Positions 19,301-28,746 of a stretch of DNA of 64,000 nucleotides are shown here, piece by piece. The position numbers and the translations under genes were made by a program. The notes under the pieces were generated by a model. It was not told where the DNA came from. It saw only the letters and a program-made list of their open reading frames with translations, and did no database searches. The stretch's first letter is position 1, and each line of letters opens with the position of its first letter. The stretch comes from Prasinococcaceae sp. CCMP 1430 (lineage: Eukaryota; Plantae; Prasinodermophyta), in the NCBI GenBank assembly GCA_013416795.1, contig RQSC01000026.1, forward strand, positions 512,330 to 576,329, in the 5' to 3' direction.

Positions 19301-21225
19301 TCGCGTCCGACGCCCGGGACCCTCGAGAGCGCCCAGCGCGCCGCGAAGTGGATGGCAGCGGTGGTGGCCACCTGGGGTGGCTCCTCGCCTTCGCCGTCGC
19401 CAACAACGAAGTCCTCCGGGGCAACGACCGCGGCGGCTTTCGCCTTGTTGGGCACCCTCTGCCTCTTGGTCTTCAGGACGTACACGCTGCCGTGCTTCTG
19501 GGTCATGGCCTCGAGCATGCGCAGCGTCACGTGCGTGGCCTCGACCATGTCGACCATGAGCGAGCGCGGGTGCTTGTAGCGGTCGAACGTCCGCGTGCAG
19601 ACGCGCAGCGCCGGCAGCAGGCCGACGTCGGTGGCGTCATGGAAGAGCTTGAGCTGCAAGGTGTTGGCCACAAGCTTCTCGTCGTGGGAGCCGACCCGAG
19701 CAGTGGCGTCAAGCACGTGCAGCATCTGCTTGATCAGGCCCATGGCGGCCGACGCCGTGCGCAGGTCGCCCTCCTTGGTGCTGACAAACTCGGACATCTC
19801 GCCCTTCACCATGTCCGCGGGCAGCGATTCAAGCCACTTGCGGTTGGCCAGCTTGAACATCGACTCGTCAATCGTGGCGGACAGCGCGCCGAACGAGCGC
19901 CCGAGCGCGGGCAGCTTCCTGTGCGCCTCAACGCGCGCACGGCCGCGGGCCTCCTTGTCGAGGCCGGCCTCCTTGGCCTCGGCCGAGGCCTTGGAGACCT
20001 CCCCGACCCCGTGCTCGATCCACAGAAGCTGGTACTCGCAGAAGAAGCGAGCCACGCTCATGAGATGCCGGCCGTCGGACTCGAGGACCTCCCTCGAGCC
20101 AGCCGCGATGGCGCGCTTGGTGATGGCGATGATGTCGTTGTACGGGCCGCTCAGCATGTCGTCCGCCCACTGGCGGAGCTTGCGCAGCACCGACGCGTCG
20201 CGCGAGCCCTGTGCCGCCGCCTCCTTGTCGACGTGCGCGCTGGTTGCACGCATCGCCTTGATTGCCTTGCTGTGCACCGACGCGACCTTGGGCTTTGGCG
20301 CGTCGAGCAGCACACCCGCGTCGACCGCCGGCTTGGCGCTCCTCCACGGGTTGATGTGCTGCGCCTTGCCGTACTTGTCCTTGCGCTTGAGCGTGCCGCC
20401 GAAGCGGCTGTGGCGCGACTGCTCGACCCCGCGCGAGGCGGTGCGGAGGCGCTCCTTCTCGGCGCGCAGCGTCGCCGCGAGCGAGCTGCCGTGCTCGGCG
20501 GCCGCCTTGCCGGGGTCGGCGCGCTTCGAGCGCCTCCTCAGCCCCGCCTCAAACACGGCCTTGGCGCGCTGCCCCTTGAGGGCGTAGTGGATGATCTCGA
20601 GCAGCAGGAGCGAGCGGCTCTGGAACACCGGCATCGCCGCGATGGACAGGAGCAGCGACATCACGTTCTCGTCGAAGAGCACGGTGAGCAGCTCGTCCGC
20701 CAGGCGGCTCATGTGGTCGGCGCCGGCGGCGCGGTGGCTGTTCGCGTCAGGGTCCGCAATCGCCAGCAGGTTGCGCACGAGCGTCAGCACCAGCTCGATG
20801 ACGGCGACGTCGTTGTCCGTCTGGTGGCCCCTCTGGATGTTCATGAGCGGGTCCAGCACGAAGTCCACGATGGCGCTCAGCGTGCTCTGGTCCGCGTCGC
20901 GGTCGTCGAGGAAGGCCGCCTTGCACGCCTGCAGGTCGGCCGCGTGCACGCGGCGGCGCTCCACGACGTCGTCCAGCGGCAGCGTCAGGAAGACGGCCAC
21001 CTTGAGCGCCGCCAGCAGCATCTTGGGCTCGTGGCCGTGGAGCGTCATCAGCGGCACGATGTGCTTCTTGAGCACCTGCAGCTCGGCGCACAGCCTGTAC
21101 GTCGGGCGCCGCTGAGGGTCGTCGCGGCGCAGCATGCGCTGCACATCCTGCAGGCACTCGAGGGTGTCCTCCTCGAGGAGGTACTCGCCCGTGTCCCTGT
21201 CAAAGTGACCCAGGCCCTCGCACAC
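16291..21225 (-). CDS. TIM: TIMELESS/Tof1 replication-fork protection protein (start codon unresolved)
   Basis: N-terminal LG...Y...DTLECLQDVQRMLRRDD...R pattern, LKVAVFLTLP, IELVLTLVRNLLAIAD, NDPALNHAAVKML...FQLSVLGLF...LFWK and C-terminal WT...L...W Myb-like repeat; large acidic insertion. Confidence 0.85.
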   Translation of the reverse strand: MCEGLGHFDRDTGEYLLEEDTLECLQDVQRMLRRDDPQRRPTYRLCAELQVLKKHIVPLMTLHGHEPKMLLAALKVAVFLTLPLDDVVERRRVHAADLQACKAAFLDDRDADQSTLSAIVDFVLDPLMNIQRGHQTDNDVAVIELVLTLVRNLLAIADPDANSHRAAGADHMSRLADELLTVLFDENVMSLLLSIAAMPVFQSRSLLLLEIIHYALKGQRAKAVFEAGLRRRSKRADPGKAAAEHGSSLAATLRAEKERLRTASRGVEQSRHSRFGGTLKRKDKYGKAQHINPWRSAKPAVDAGVLLDAPKPKVASVHSKAIKAMRATSAHVDKEAAAQGSRDASVLRKLRQWADDMLSGPYNDIIAITKRAIAAGSREVLESDGRHLMSVARFFCEYQLLWIEHGVGEVSKASAEAKEAGLDKEARGRARVEAHRKLPALGRSFGALSATIDESMFKLANRKWLESLPADMVKGEMSEFVSTKEGDLRTASAAMGLIKQMLHVLDATARVGSHDEKLVANTLQLKLFHDATDVGLLPALRVCTRTFDRYKHPRSLMVDMVEATHVTLRMLEAMTQKHGSVYVLKTKRQRVPNKAKAAAVVAPEDFVVGDGEGEEPPQVATTAAIHFAARWALSRVPGVGREGIEAAQEGGVLEGAFMRLGEREAPDVEVRRVLQEEIDHLWARDAADSDETYALRIAVRRVLFAVTEETVQEVSIKSVRSEVEALGLPEGEDKTLKKICKEECAAFVARVDEGDGDGMQIEFDPTQAAPSQPAEDEPTGWATMAAEEHEPAEEADGDAEEHEPAEEGDERATDVGPEDTEGPPPPSPPPSPPHEASPGADPMEIAKLALPPTLGDWVEPGPDDASLKLSLAEDDGYELADVNFPFDGLGLDFEEKVPSPLPRSIAATGKSPSPEAAPARERPADEPSPETGAELAAPSPPQAAEASPAATSAPGPGADAEERPAAEGGEPAATDASEGAAAEPPAAGAPIEPRADETPAAAGEPAVEGEGDGAPPAPADQTAAADGVGAEGDGARPGLQDAAGGGNLVADGGHAEGPGAHGAGGAEAEGGAAEATPEEKAKGKRAGRKGMIVRKHEVAMDLKHEVAAFGHVRVFANYCFLLEGYATNDPALNHAAVKMLSRLSQDCGLEAYLFQLSVLGLFYRVLSDKNLSGPKARRDQQELRHFAAQVTRHYVRKLKGPLGNLLLVDTLFWKTPHEVDLIDNDYQLPEERPGPRGKGRRGRRKGGDALGDDDVDEYVGGGAGVLADGDDIAAIMAGDSDEEGRRAPRAPKSRLWTAEGDAKLAELWEELRAQPHATRRMASELNAAAVHPKAHLSSAEYNPNQVSQRLVQLGLRQKGERTGRAAQRRKDRAQERREGAAALADASSEDDEPSEGVDGDAPAPEAAFPDCEGAAAAARVLAIYGERWSGLSASDALAMVRARIDAATELTEEEGAAEDLALAPVTSDEWKAVEHPGVVELLASLGFAPPGGPQRPFFVLPWSKGADWQQAIAAAVAAAEGAVAEVAAERLEDAPAIAWSPPKRKRAPVDAATDGDSEEEEEVEDEDDAPVAVLSSHGAKRRRISAVRDLDEELLEDVDEELLEDADEELADELVDDVPSKPAPAAAAGRRRAAAVLDDSDDEV

Positions 21226-21896
21226 CGTCAGCAGGTCCTCCTCGCGCTCGTCGCCGTACTTGGGAATCGGCGCGGGCGCGCCCGCCCCGAAGCGGCATCA
21301 CCGCCGAGGATCTCCTCGCCGACGTGCCGCCGCCGCCGCAGCAGCCGCTGCCGCCGCGGCGCTGTGGCGCCCACCTCCCCTCCCGTCCTCCTCCCAGCAG
21401 GCGCTCGCGCCGACGGCGCCGCGCGCTCTGCACCGCGCGCCTCCGCCAACGCAAACCCTTTCCAACACTTCACGTCCAAGTACCTACTTCCCCGTGAATA
21501 AACCTCAAACATTCAGACCCCAAACACCTTGCGCCGCTTCGACCCATCCCCTTCCCCCCCCCGTCCCCCGCTCGACGATCGACGGAAACTGTTCATTCGC
21601 ACGCGCTCGTCCCTGCTTGTGCCTGCCCAGTCGCCATCTGTTTCGCCATCTGTCTGTCCGTACCGGGGTGTGACGCGGGGTGTGGGGCGAAAGCGCGCGC
21701 TTTCGCCCCACACACCCCCCGCGCGGACCAGGCTGCGGATCCGGGGCCCGCGGCGCACGCAACGGCTCGCGCGCTCGCTCCCTGGCCGGATGCCGCGTTT
21801 GGCCCCGCGCGCGTGCCCCCCCGCCCCCCGTCCGTCGACGGGGCGACGCGAAAAACGCGCGCGCGCGCGGGCGCGCGCCTTTTTCGATTTTCGGAT

Positions 21897-22294
21897 TTTC
21901 GCGCGCGCGCGCGCGCGCGCGCGCGCGCTGGCGCGTGCCGCTTTTCGCGCGCGCCAGCGTGTCGCCCGCCGGCACCCACCCACCATCCGACCCAGCCCAG
22001 CCCAGCCCAGCCGACCCACCGAGGGGTGCGTTGCCGCGTCAGTCAGTCTGGATCATTCGGAGGGTGCCTGCGCCTCCGCCGGCGCCGTTCGGCCCGCCAC
22101 ACCAATCAAACCATCGCCATGGCACAGGCGGCCTTTCGATCGGTCGATGCGATGCGATGCGACGCGACGCGAGCTCGAAATTGTCTCCCGTGGGTGAATA
22201 TGCCTCGGTATCGCGTGGCGCTCCTTTTTTTTTTTGGACGGGGCGGCGTCGAGGCATCGCTCGTTCCTCGTTCGAAGCCGGGCGATTTTCGCGC
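21897..22294. promoter_or_regulatory. TTTCGCGC (E2F-like) motifs abutting (GC)n tracts in the TIMELESS/CEP135 divergent intergenic region
   Basis: TTTCGCGC at 21897, 21943 and 22287; long alternating GC runs at ~21856-21928 and 22290-22316. Confidence 0.35.
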
Positions 22295-22385
22295 GCGCGC
22301 GCGCGCGCGCGCGCGCNNNNNNNNNNNNNNCGCGCCTGCTGCGAGGCGGGCCTTGAGGGGCGCGGCGAGAGCGCGCGCGGCCGCC

Positions 22386-25300
22386 ATGCAGTCCGGGGCG
22401 GACATGACGCGCCAGGCGGACATGCAGGAGCGCCTGCTGCGCGCGGGCGTGGACGTGGGGCACGCCGCCAAGGGCGGCGGCTGGTCGCCCCTCGCGTACG
22501 CGCTCGCCGACGGCGCCCTCGCGCTCGCCAAGGAGCTCGACGGCAAGCGCGGCGCGGCCGCGGCCGCGCAGGAGGAGCTCACCGCGCGGCGGTCCAACGT
22601 GGACGTGCTTCAGCGCGACCTCGAGCGACTGGTCAAGGAAAACAACGAGCTGCACGTGCAGCTCATCCGCGCGGGCGAGGACTCCGCGCGGCAGCTCAAG
22701 GAGAGCGCCGCCAAGCTCAAGTCGGCGACGGACGAGGCGCAGGCGCTGAGCTTCTGGCGCAGCACCGCGACAGAGAAGATCGGGGCGCTCGAAGCGGACA
22801 AGGCCAAGCTCGCGAAGAGGCTCGACGAGCTGCTCGAGAGCGGCGTGCAGCCCACGCGCGGCGATGAGGTGGGCGTCGCGGGGCAACGCAGCGCGGTCGA
22901 CGCCGTCGCGGCGGCGCTCGTGACGCCCGGTGGGGGCGCGTCCGTCGACGCGGCCAACCTGGTGGCGTCGGGGACCGTCCCCACCGTCGAGGCCTCGGGC
23001 GTGCTCGCGGCCGCCGCGCGCGCGGCTGCCGCGCGGCGAGCCGCCGTGTCGAGCGCCAGCGTCGACATCACGCGCATGGCTGAGCAGCGCCTGGCCACCG
23101 CGAACCGCGAGGTCGAGGGCCTGCAGGCCAAGCTCGCCGAGGCGCTGGCACAGATCGGCCAGCTGCAGGCGGGCCTGAAGCAGCGCGACGCCGAAATCGG
23201 CAGGCTCGGCGCCGAGGTCGCCGCCACGCGCGACCTCGAGAAGCTGGCGATCAAGGACAGCCAGGCAATGGTGACCCGATCCAACGCGGAGCTGGAGCGC
23301 CAGGTGGACCACCTGACCAAGCGCTTGCTCACCACCGAGGCGGCGCTCAAGGAGAAGCTGCTGCTGGAGGACGAGTGCAAGTCGCTGGAGAAGGATATGG
23401 CGCGGGCCAGGGCCGAGGTTGAAGCCGCCAAGCGCGACGCCAAGCTCTCCGAGGACGCGGCGTCCGCCGAGCGCGCCGCGTTCAGGGCGGAGTGCGCCCA
23501 GGCGGCGCAGGCTGCGAGGGACGCCGACACCGAGGTCAGCGCCAACCGCTCGCGCGTGGCGGAACTCGAGAGCAAGCTCGCGGACTCCGCCGCCGCAGTC
23601 GGCGAGCTGCGTCAGCGGCTGTCCGAGTCAATGCAGGAGGTGCTGCGCATCAAGCAGTCGGCGGGCGACCTCCCCACGGATCACCAGCTGTCGGCGGAGC
23701 TGGCGCTCGCCAAGGAGGCGACGACGGCTGCGCAGGACGAGACCGCCGCTGCACGGGCGGATGCTTCCAGTGCCCGCGCGCAGGCCCGCGCCGCCGCCGA
23801 CTCTGCGGCGAGCGAGGCGCGTGCCGCGGCCCTCGCCAAGAGGGAGTGCGAGGCTGCCACCTCGGCAGCAGGAGCGGCGCAGAAGCGCGTCGGCGAGCTC
23901 GAGCGCGCCAGGCGCGAGGCCGAGGAGGCCCTGGCGGCGGCCAAGGAGAGCGTGGCCAGCATGGAGCACCGCGTCGCCGCCGCGGAAGGAGCTGCCCAGC
24001 GTGCGGAGAGGATGCACCAGGCCGCCGAGAGCGCCGCGCTCGTGGCGCGCGAGGCGGCGGCCGAGACGGCGAAGGAGCTCGAAGAGACCGGCCGGAGCCG
24101 TGCCGAGGCCACGGCAGGCTTGCGCACCGCCGAGGCCGAGCTCGCGCGCCTCAAGGTGCGCGCGGACACCGCCCAGCGCGAGGCGCTCGAGGCGGAGGCG
24201 CGTGCCGCCGATGTTGAGCGCGAGCGCGCCGTGCTCGAGTCCGAGCTGGCCAAGGAGCGGTCGAGCGCCGACGCGGCGCGCCGCGAGCTTGCAGCGTCCG
24301 TGGAGGCAGAGACTGCCGCCAGGCGCGCGCTGCAGGAGGCACGCGAGCGTGGCGACGGCCTCGCAGCGGAGCGCGATGCGCTCGCTGCGCTCCGCGCCCG
24401 CCTGGAGAGCGCCGAGAGCGAGGCCGAGCAGCTGCGCGTGGAGGTTACCTCCGCCGCCGAAGCGAGAACGGCGCTCGAGCTCGAGCGCGATCGCCTCGTC
24501 CGCGACGGCGAGAACTCGCACCGCGAGCGCGCTTCCCTGGAGGCCGCGCTGGACTCCGCGCAGGCGGAGCGAGCGCGCCTCGCTGGCGCCGTGGCGGACT
24601 TTGAGGGCCAGATGGGCGCCATCCAGGCAAGCATTGTGGCGCTTGCAGGCGAGCGCGACACCGCGCAGTCTGCACAGGCTGCCGCCGAGGCGGCGCTTCG
24701 CGAGATCCGCGAGGCGGACGTGGAGCTCGCTGTGAGCCGCCGCGAGGTTGGCGCCGAGGTGGCCGCGGCCAAGCGCCAGATCTCGACGCTCGAGGCGCGC
24801 GCCAAGGCTGCCGAGTCTGCACTGGAGGGCACAGAGGGCCGCGCTCGGACCGCGCTCGCGGCCGCGGCCGCCGCGCGCGACGAGGCGGGCGAGGCGTCCC
24901 GCGAGCGCGCGCGCCTCGAACACGCCCTGTCGCTCTCGGCTGTCCAGGTCGAGGAGCTGCAGGCCTCCCTTGGTGACGTGCAGGGAGAGGCGATCAAGAT
25001 CAGCTCAAAGCTGAAGGATGCCGAGACCAAGCTGGGCGAGCAAGAGGCGGAGCTCGTCGCGCGCGAGGGCGAGATCGAGGCATTGAAATCGCTTGTGACG
25101 CAGCTCGATGGCACGCGCGAGGAGCTCGTAGGCCGCCTGAAGGGCGTGCTCGCGGACAAGACGAACGTGGCCACGCGCGCCTCCGACCTCGAGGTTTCCA
25201 AGCAGGCCACGGAAGATCGCCTCACGCGTGCCGACAACGAGGTGGCGCGCCTGCGGCAGGCGCTCGAGACGCTCGATCGCGAGCGCGACTCGATCCTTGC

Positions 25301-27014
25301 GGACGCGGACGTCCGTGCCGAGGCTGCCGCCGCCGACCGCTCGCGCGCCGACGTGGCCGCCGCTGAGGCGGAGGCGGCCCGGCGTGCGCTCGACGCGGCC
25401 GAGGCGCGTGTTGACGAGGCCGCCGCCGCCGCGCGCGCGGCTGAGGCCGAGCTTGAGCGCCTCCAACGCACCAACGAGGACCTCGTGGCCGAGCGCGAAA
25501 AGATGCTTGCCGAGTCACGCGCACAGGCGGAGGAGATCGCGGCCGCCGCTGGCGACCTGACCTCCATGACGCGGGAGCAGCAGGCAGTGAATTCCGACCT
25601 CGTGGCGATGCGCAACGCCAAGGAGGCCGCGGACGAGCGCGCCGCCAAGGCCGTGCGTGCGGCGCACGAGGCTGAGCAACTAGCCGAGGCGCGGCGGAAC
25701 GAGCATGCCGAGCTGCTCGAGGCGTACCGCACACTGGGCGACGAGAACCGCCGTTTGGCGCTCGCGCAGGCCGCGGCGGAGCGCGAGGCCGAGGAGGCGC
25801 GCTCCGCGGTGGTCAACAGCAAGGAGATGGCCTCGTCGGAGAGTGCGCGCGTGCGCACGCTCGAGGACGACAACAGGCGCTTGGCGATCGACGTCAGTGC
25901 CTACCAAAGGCAGGCAGACGGTCTCGCGCGCACGCTGGAGAGCCTCGAGGAGCAGCTCAAGGCCGCGAGCACAGAGCGCGCAGCGCTGCTGGAGCAGGCG
26001 CGCAATGCGCAGACGCTGGCTGCCGAAGCCGAGGCGCGCGCGTCGGGGCTGGCACGCGAGCTGGCAGCTCTCGAGGCGCGCGCTGGCGGCGCGCACGCCG
26101 ACGCCGACGCCGCGCGCGGCGAGGGGGCTGCTCTTGCGGCAAGCCTGGCGGCGGAGCGGCAACACGTGCGCGAGCTCGAGGCGCTCCTGCAGGAGACGCG
26201 GCGAGCGGTGCATGGAAAGGAGGCGGAGGTGACAACGGCCGAGGGGGCGACGCGCGCCGCAAAGGAGCGGGTGCGCGCGCTCGAGGACCAGGCGGGTGCG
26301 CTCACTAGGCAGCTCGCCAGCCTGCAGGAGCAGCGCGCAAGCCAGGAGCGCGAGCTCGTCGCGCTGCGCGCAGCCGCAGGCGTCGACGCCGCGCACCAGG
26401 CCGCCCAGACGACGGCCAAGGTAGGGGAGCTGGAAAAGGCGATCGCTGAGCGCGAGGCATCCCTCGAGGAGTCGCAGAAGGAAATCGAGCGGCTGCGCAA
26501 AGAGGCCGTCCTGTCTCCAGGGGCCGCAAGCGAGGAGGTGCTGGAGGAGGCTGCCGCCGCACGCGCGCGCATCACCAACCTGGAGGCTGAGGTCGCCGGT
26601 CTGAAAGAGGAGAACGAAAAAGCACTTGCACTCATGTCGAGCCTCGACGCAGAGCGTCAGGCGCTCCAGAGCGACAACGTGACCCTCAGCCGTGAGCTCA
26701 AGGAGCGCTCCGCGGCCGAGTCGACGCCGGAGTTGGACCAACTTCGCGCTGAGCTCGAGGAGGCGCGGCGAAGCAAGGCCGAGACTGAGGCGGACTTCCA
26801 CACGCTGATGGCGCGCGTGGAGGACTACAAGGACGGCAACGCTGACGGCTCCGAGGCGGAGCTGCGAGCACAGCTGGAGCAGCTGAAGGCGGAAAACGAC
26901 CGGTTGGGCGAGATGGTGGCCGACGCGGAGAGCACGTGCGCCGCCCTGCGAGAGGAGGCCGCCGCGCTGCGCGCCTCGCTCGAGGCCGAGGGCACCGGCG
27001 AGACCAGCAACTGA
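22386..27014 (+). CDS. CEP135: Long coiled-coil protein, CEP135/BLD10-like centriole cartwheel protein
   Basis: N-terminal DLERLVKENNELHVQLIR...ALSFWRS resembles the conserved CEP135/BLD10 block (recalled, not aligned), followed by ~1400 aa of heptad-rich coiled coil; intronless. Confidence 0.62.
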   Translation: MQSGADMTRQADMQERLLRAGVDVGHAAKGGGWSPLAYALADGALALAKELDGKRGAAAAAQEELTARRSNVDVLQRDLERLVKENNELHVQLIRAGEDSARQLKESAAKLKSATDEAQALSFWRSTATEKIGALEADKAKLAKRLDELLESGVQPTRGDEVGVAGQRSAVDAVAAALVTPGGGASVDAANLVASGTVPTVEASGVLAAAARAAAARRAAVSSASVDITRMAEQRLATANREVEGLQAKLAEALAQIGQLQAGLKQRDAEIGRLGAEVAATRDLEKLAIKDSQAMVTRSNAELERQVDHLTKRLLTTEAALKEKLLLEDECKSLEKDMARARAEVEAAKRDAKLSEDAASAERAAFRAECAQAAQAARDADTEVSANRSRVAELESKLADSAAAVGELRQRLSESMQEVLRIKQSAGDLPTDHQLSAELALAKEATTAAQDETAAARADASSARAQARAAADSAASEARAAALAKRECEAATSAAGAAQKRVGELERARREAEEALAAAKESVASMEHRVAAAEGAAQRAERMHQAAESAALVAREAAAETAKELEETGRSRAEATAGLRTAEAELARLKVRADTAQREALEAEARAADVERERAVLESELAKERSSADAARRELAASVEAETAARRALQEARERGDGLAAERDALAALRARLESAESEAEQLRVEVTSAAEARTALELERDRLVRDGENSHRERASLEAALDSAQAERARLAGAVADFEGQMGAIQASIVALAGERDTAQSAQAAAEAALREIREADVELAVSRREVGAEVAAAKRQISTLEARAKAAESALEGTEGRARTALAAAAAARDEAGEASRERARLEHALSLSAVQVEELQASLGDVQGEAIKISSKLKDAETKLGEQEAELVAREGEIEALKSLVTQLDGTREELVGRLKGVLADKTNVATRASDLEVSKQATEDRLTRADNEVARLRQALETLDRERDSILADADVRAEAAAADRSRADVAAAEAEAARRALDAAEARVDEAAAAARAAEAELERLQRTNEDLVAEREKMLAESRAQAEEIAAAAGDLTSMTREQQAVNSDLVAMRNAKEAADERAAKAVRAAHEAEQLAEARRNEHAELLEAYRTLGDENRRLALAQAAAEREAEEARSAVVNSKEMASSESARVRTLEDDNRRLAIDVSAYQRQADGLARTLESLEEQLKAASTERAALLEQARNAQTLAAEAEARASGLARELAALEARAGGAHADADAARGEGAALAASLAAERQHVRELEALLQETRRAVHGKEAEVTTAEGATRAAKERVRALEDQAGALTRQLASLQEQRASQERELVALRAAAGVDAAHQAAQTTAKVGELEKAIAEREASLEESQKEIERLRKEAVLSPGAASEEVLEEAAAARARITNLEAEVAGLKEENEKALALMSSLDAERQALQSDNVTLSRELKERSAAESTPELDQLRAELEEARRSKAETEADFHTLMARVEDYKDGNADGSEAELRAQLEQLKAENDRLGEMVADAESTCAALREEAAALRASLEAEGTGETSN

Positions 27015-27125
27015 GGTTGTTCTCCTGCAGCGCTGCCTCTCGCATAGTAGTCGCGCGTATTTGTGCCTCACTCATCGCAAATCACTGCAATCAATAACAT
27101 TGAGACGCCGATTCACAGGAAAGGC

Positions 27126-28733
27126 TCAGCTAGTCGGCACGAACGCGCGCACGAAGGGCTGCGAGGCGTGAGCACCGGGGTACGACACCTCATCGGGGCC
27201 GCCGGCGCACACGCGCGACGCGCGCGAGGCCATCCTCGCAGTGCGCGCATAGAGCGCGCGGTGCTCTTCGCTGCGCGCGTAGAAGGCGCTCGAGGGGGCG
27301 CGCGCCTCCGTCGAGAGCTTGCCCAGGAGCCGCAGCGCGGACGCCATGTAGTCGGCGTCTGCTGGCACGTAGAACGCGCACGCTCCGCCCCCTGGCGAGA
27401 AGTGCACATTCACGGTCCCAGCTGCACCCATCGCCAACGCATGAAGCTGCAGTTGCGGGACGTGGAGCGGGTTCACGTTTGCACGCGCATCCATCTCGCG
27501 GACAACCTCGAAATGGGGCATCCCGTGCGTCGAGCGTGTACGCCCAGAGCCATCGCGCGGCTCGAAAAAGGGCGAGCGCGATTTGACCTCGACTGCCAAA
27601 AGGACGACGTCATCGAGGGGCACGCCCAGAACGCTCGCGGCAACGGCGCGGTGCGACGCGGCCGCCTGCGCGCTCACTGGCCGTTTGGCGGCACCAAGTG
27701 CGAGCAGCATGGCCTCGGGCGGTGTGGGCGATGCGGTCGCGCGAGCGGTTGCGGCCGAGGCCGCCACAGCTGCCGCTGAGAAGGCCATCACGGCGTCCGG
27801 CGAGGCGCCCAGAGCGAGTTCGGCGTCCACCGTACGCTTGCCGAGCCTTTGCAGCACGTCCTCCTCCACCGGAAACATGCCGCACTCGAGTAGCACAGCC
27901 TGCGGGAACAGCGCCGCAGTCGCGTGCAGCGCAGCAGCCTCCTGGATGGAGCCTGCGGCCATGGCCACGCTGCGCGAGCCACCCCTCGCAGCTCGCAGTG
28001 ACATGCGCGCCATGTCAGGTGTCACTCCCCAATCCATGTCCACGTCCTTGGTGTTTAGGTTGTAGTCGAGTATGCGCACTGCCTCAGCAGCGGCGGCCTC
28101 GGCGTGGCAAAGCTGCGGCAAGTGCTCGGTGAGAGCGGCGCCCACATCCTTGAGGGTCTGGTGCGCACCAAGTATGCGTCCCCTGCTGACGATGCTCTTG
28201 GGCATACTCAACGCCTTGGGCGCGGGCGGTTCGAAGAATCCCAGCGCCGCAGCGAACGTCGACGTCGTCAGCCGACCGACGTGAAGCTCGCGCCACTGGA
28301 TTGTGTCTTGGCGTGTGACAGCGGCCTCGTGCAGCGCAGCGGCGCGTGATCCGTCCACCGGCGGTGGCAGCCCCACAAAGCGCTCACAAGAGCGAAGCAC
28401 GGCCATGCTTGGTGCGCGCCATCCCAGATTTGGCACGCGCACGCCGGCCATGCGAATCTGCTCGCTCTGGCACTGCGCTCGCGTGCCCTGCCCCTTCCGC
28501 CCACGCTGTTCTGGCTCCTCCCTCTCCTGACCCTCGCCCATTTGCTGCGGTGCCAGCCCCGCGGCTACCTGTGCTTCTGACTGCTTCGACTTGGCGCCGC
28601 CGGAACGCCTCCGCCGCCTCTTTGACCCCCTCCGCGCGCTCCGCGCTGGTGGCGGCCGCGCCGCGCCCGGTACCGCCGCACCCGGAGGTGGCTGCTGCGG
28701 CGGCGACTTGTCGGTGTCCATGGCCTCATGCAT
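27126..28733 (-). CDS. YqaJ-like (lambda-exonuclease / PD-(D/E)XK fold) domain protein
   Basis: WRELHVGRLTTSTFAAALG, LGASPDAV, LAVEVKSRSPF and VPQLQLH match YqaJ motifs in order. Confidence 0.65.
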   Translation of the reverse strand: MHEAMDTDKSPPQQPPPGAAVPGAARPPPARSARRGSKRRRRRSGGAKSKQSEAQVAAGLAPQQMGEGQEREEPEQRGRKGQGTRAQCQSEQIRMAGVRVPNLGWRAPSMAVLRSCERFVGLPPPVDGSRAAALHEAAVTRQDTIQWRELHVGRLTTSTFAAALGFFEPPAPKALSMPKSIVSRGRILGAHQTLKDVGAALTEHLPQLCHAEAAAAEAVRILDYNLNTKDVDMDWGVTPDMARMSLRAARGGSRSVAMAAGSIQEAAALHATAALFPQAVLLECGMFPVEEDVLQRLGKRTVDAELALGASPDAVMAFSAAAVAASAATARATASPTPPEAMLLALGAAKRPVSAQAAASHRAVAASVLGVPLDDVVLLAVEVKSRSPFFEPRDGSGRTRSTHGMPHFEVVREMDARANVNPLHVPQLQLHALAMGAAGTVNVHFSPGGGACAFYVPADADYMASALRLLGKLSTEARAPSSAFYARSEEHRALYARTARMASRASRVCAGGPDEVSYPGAHASQPFVRAFVPTS

Positions 28734-28746
28734 CGCTCTTGCGCCC

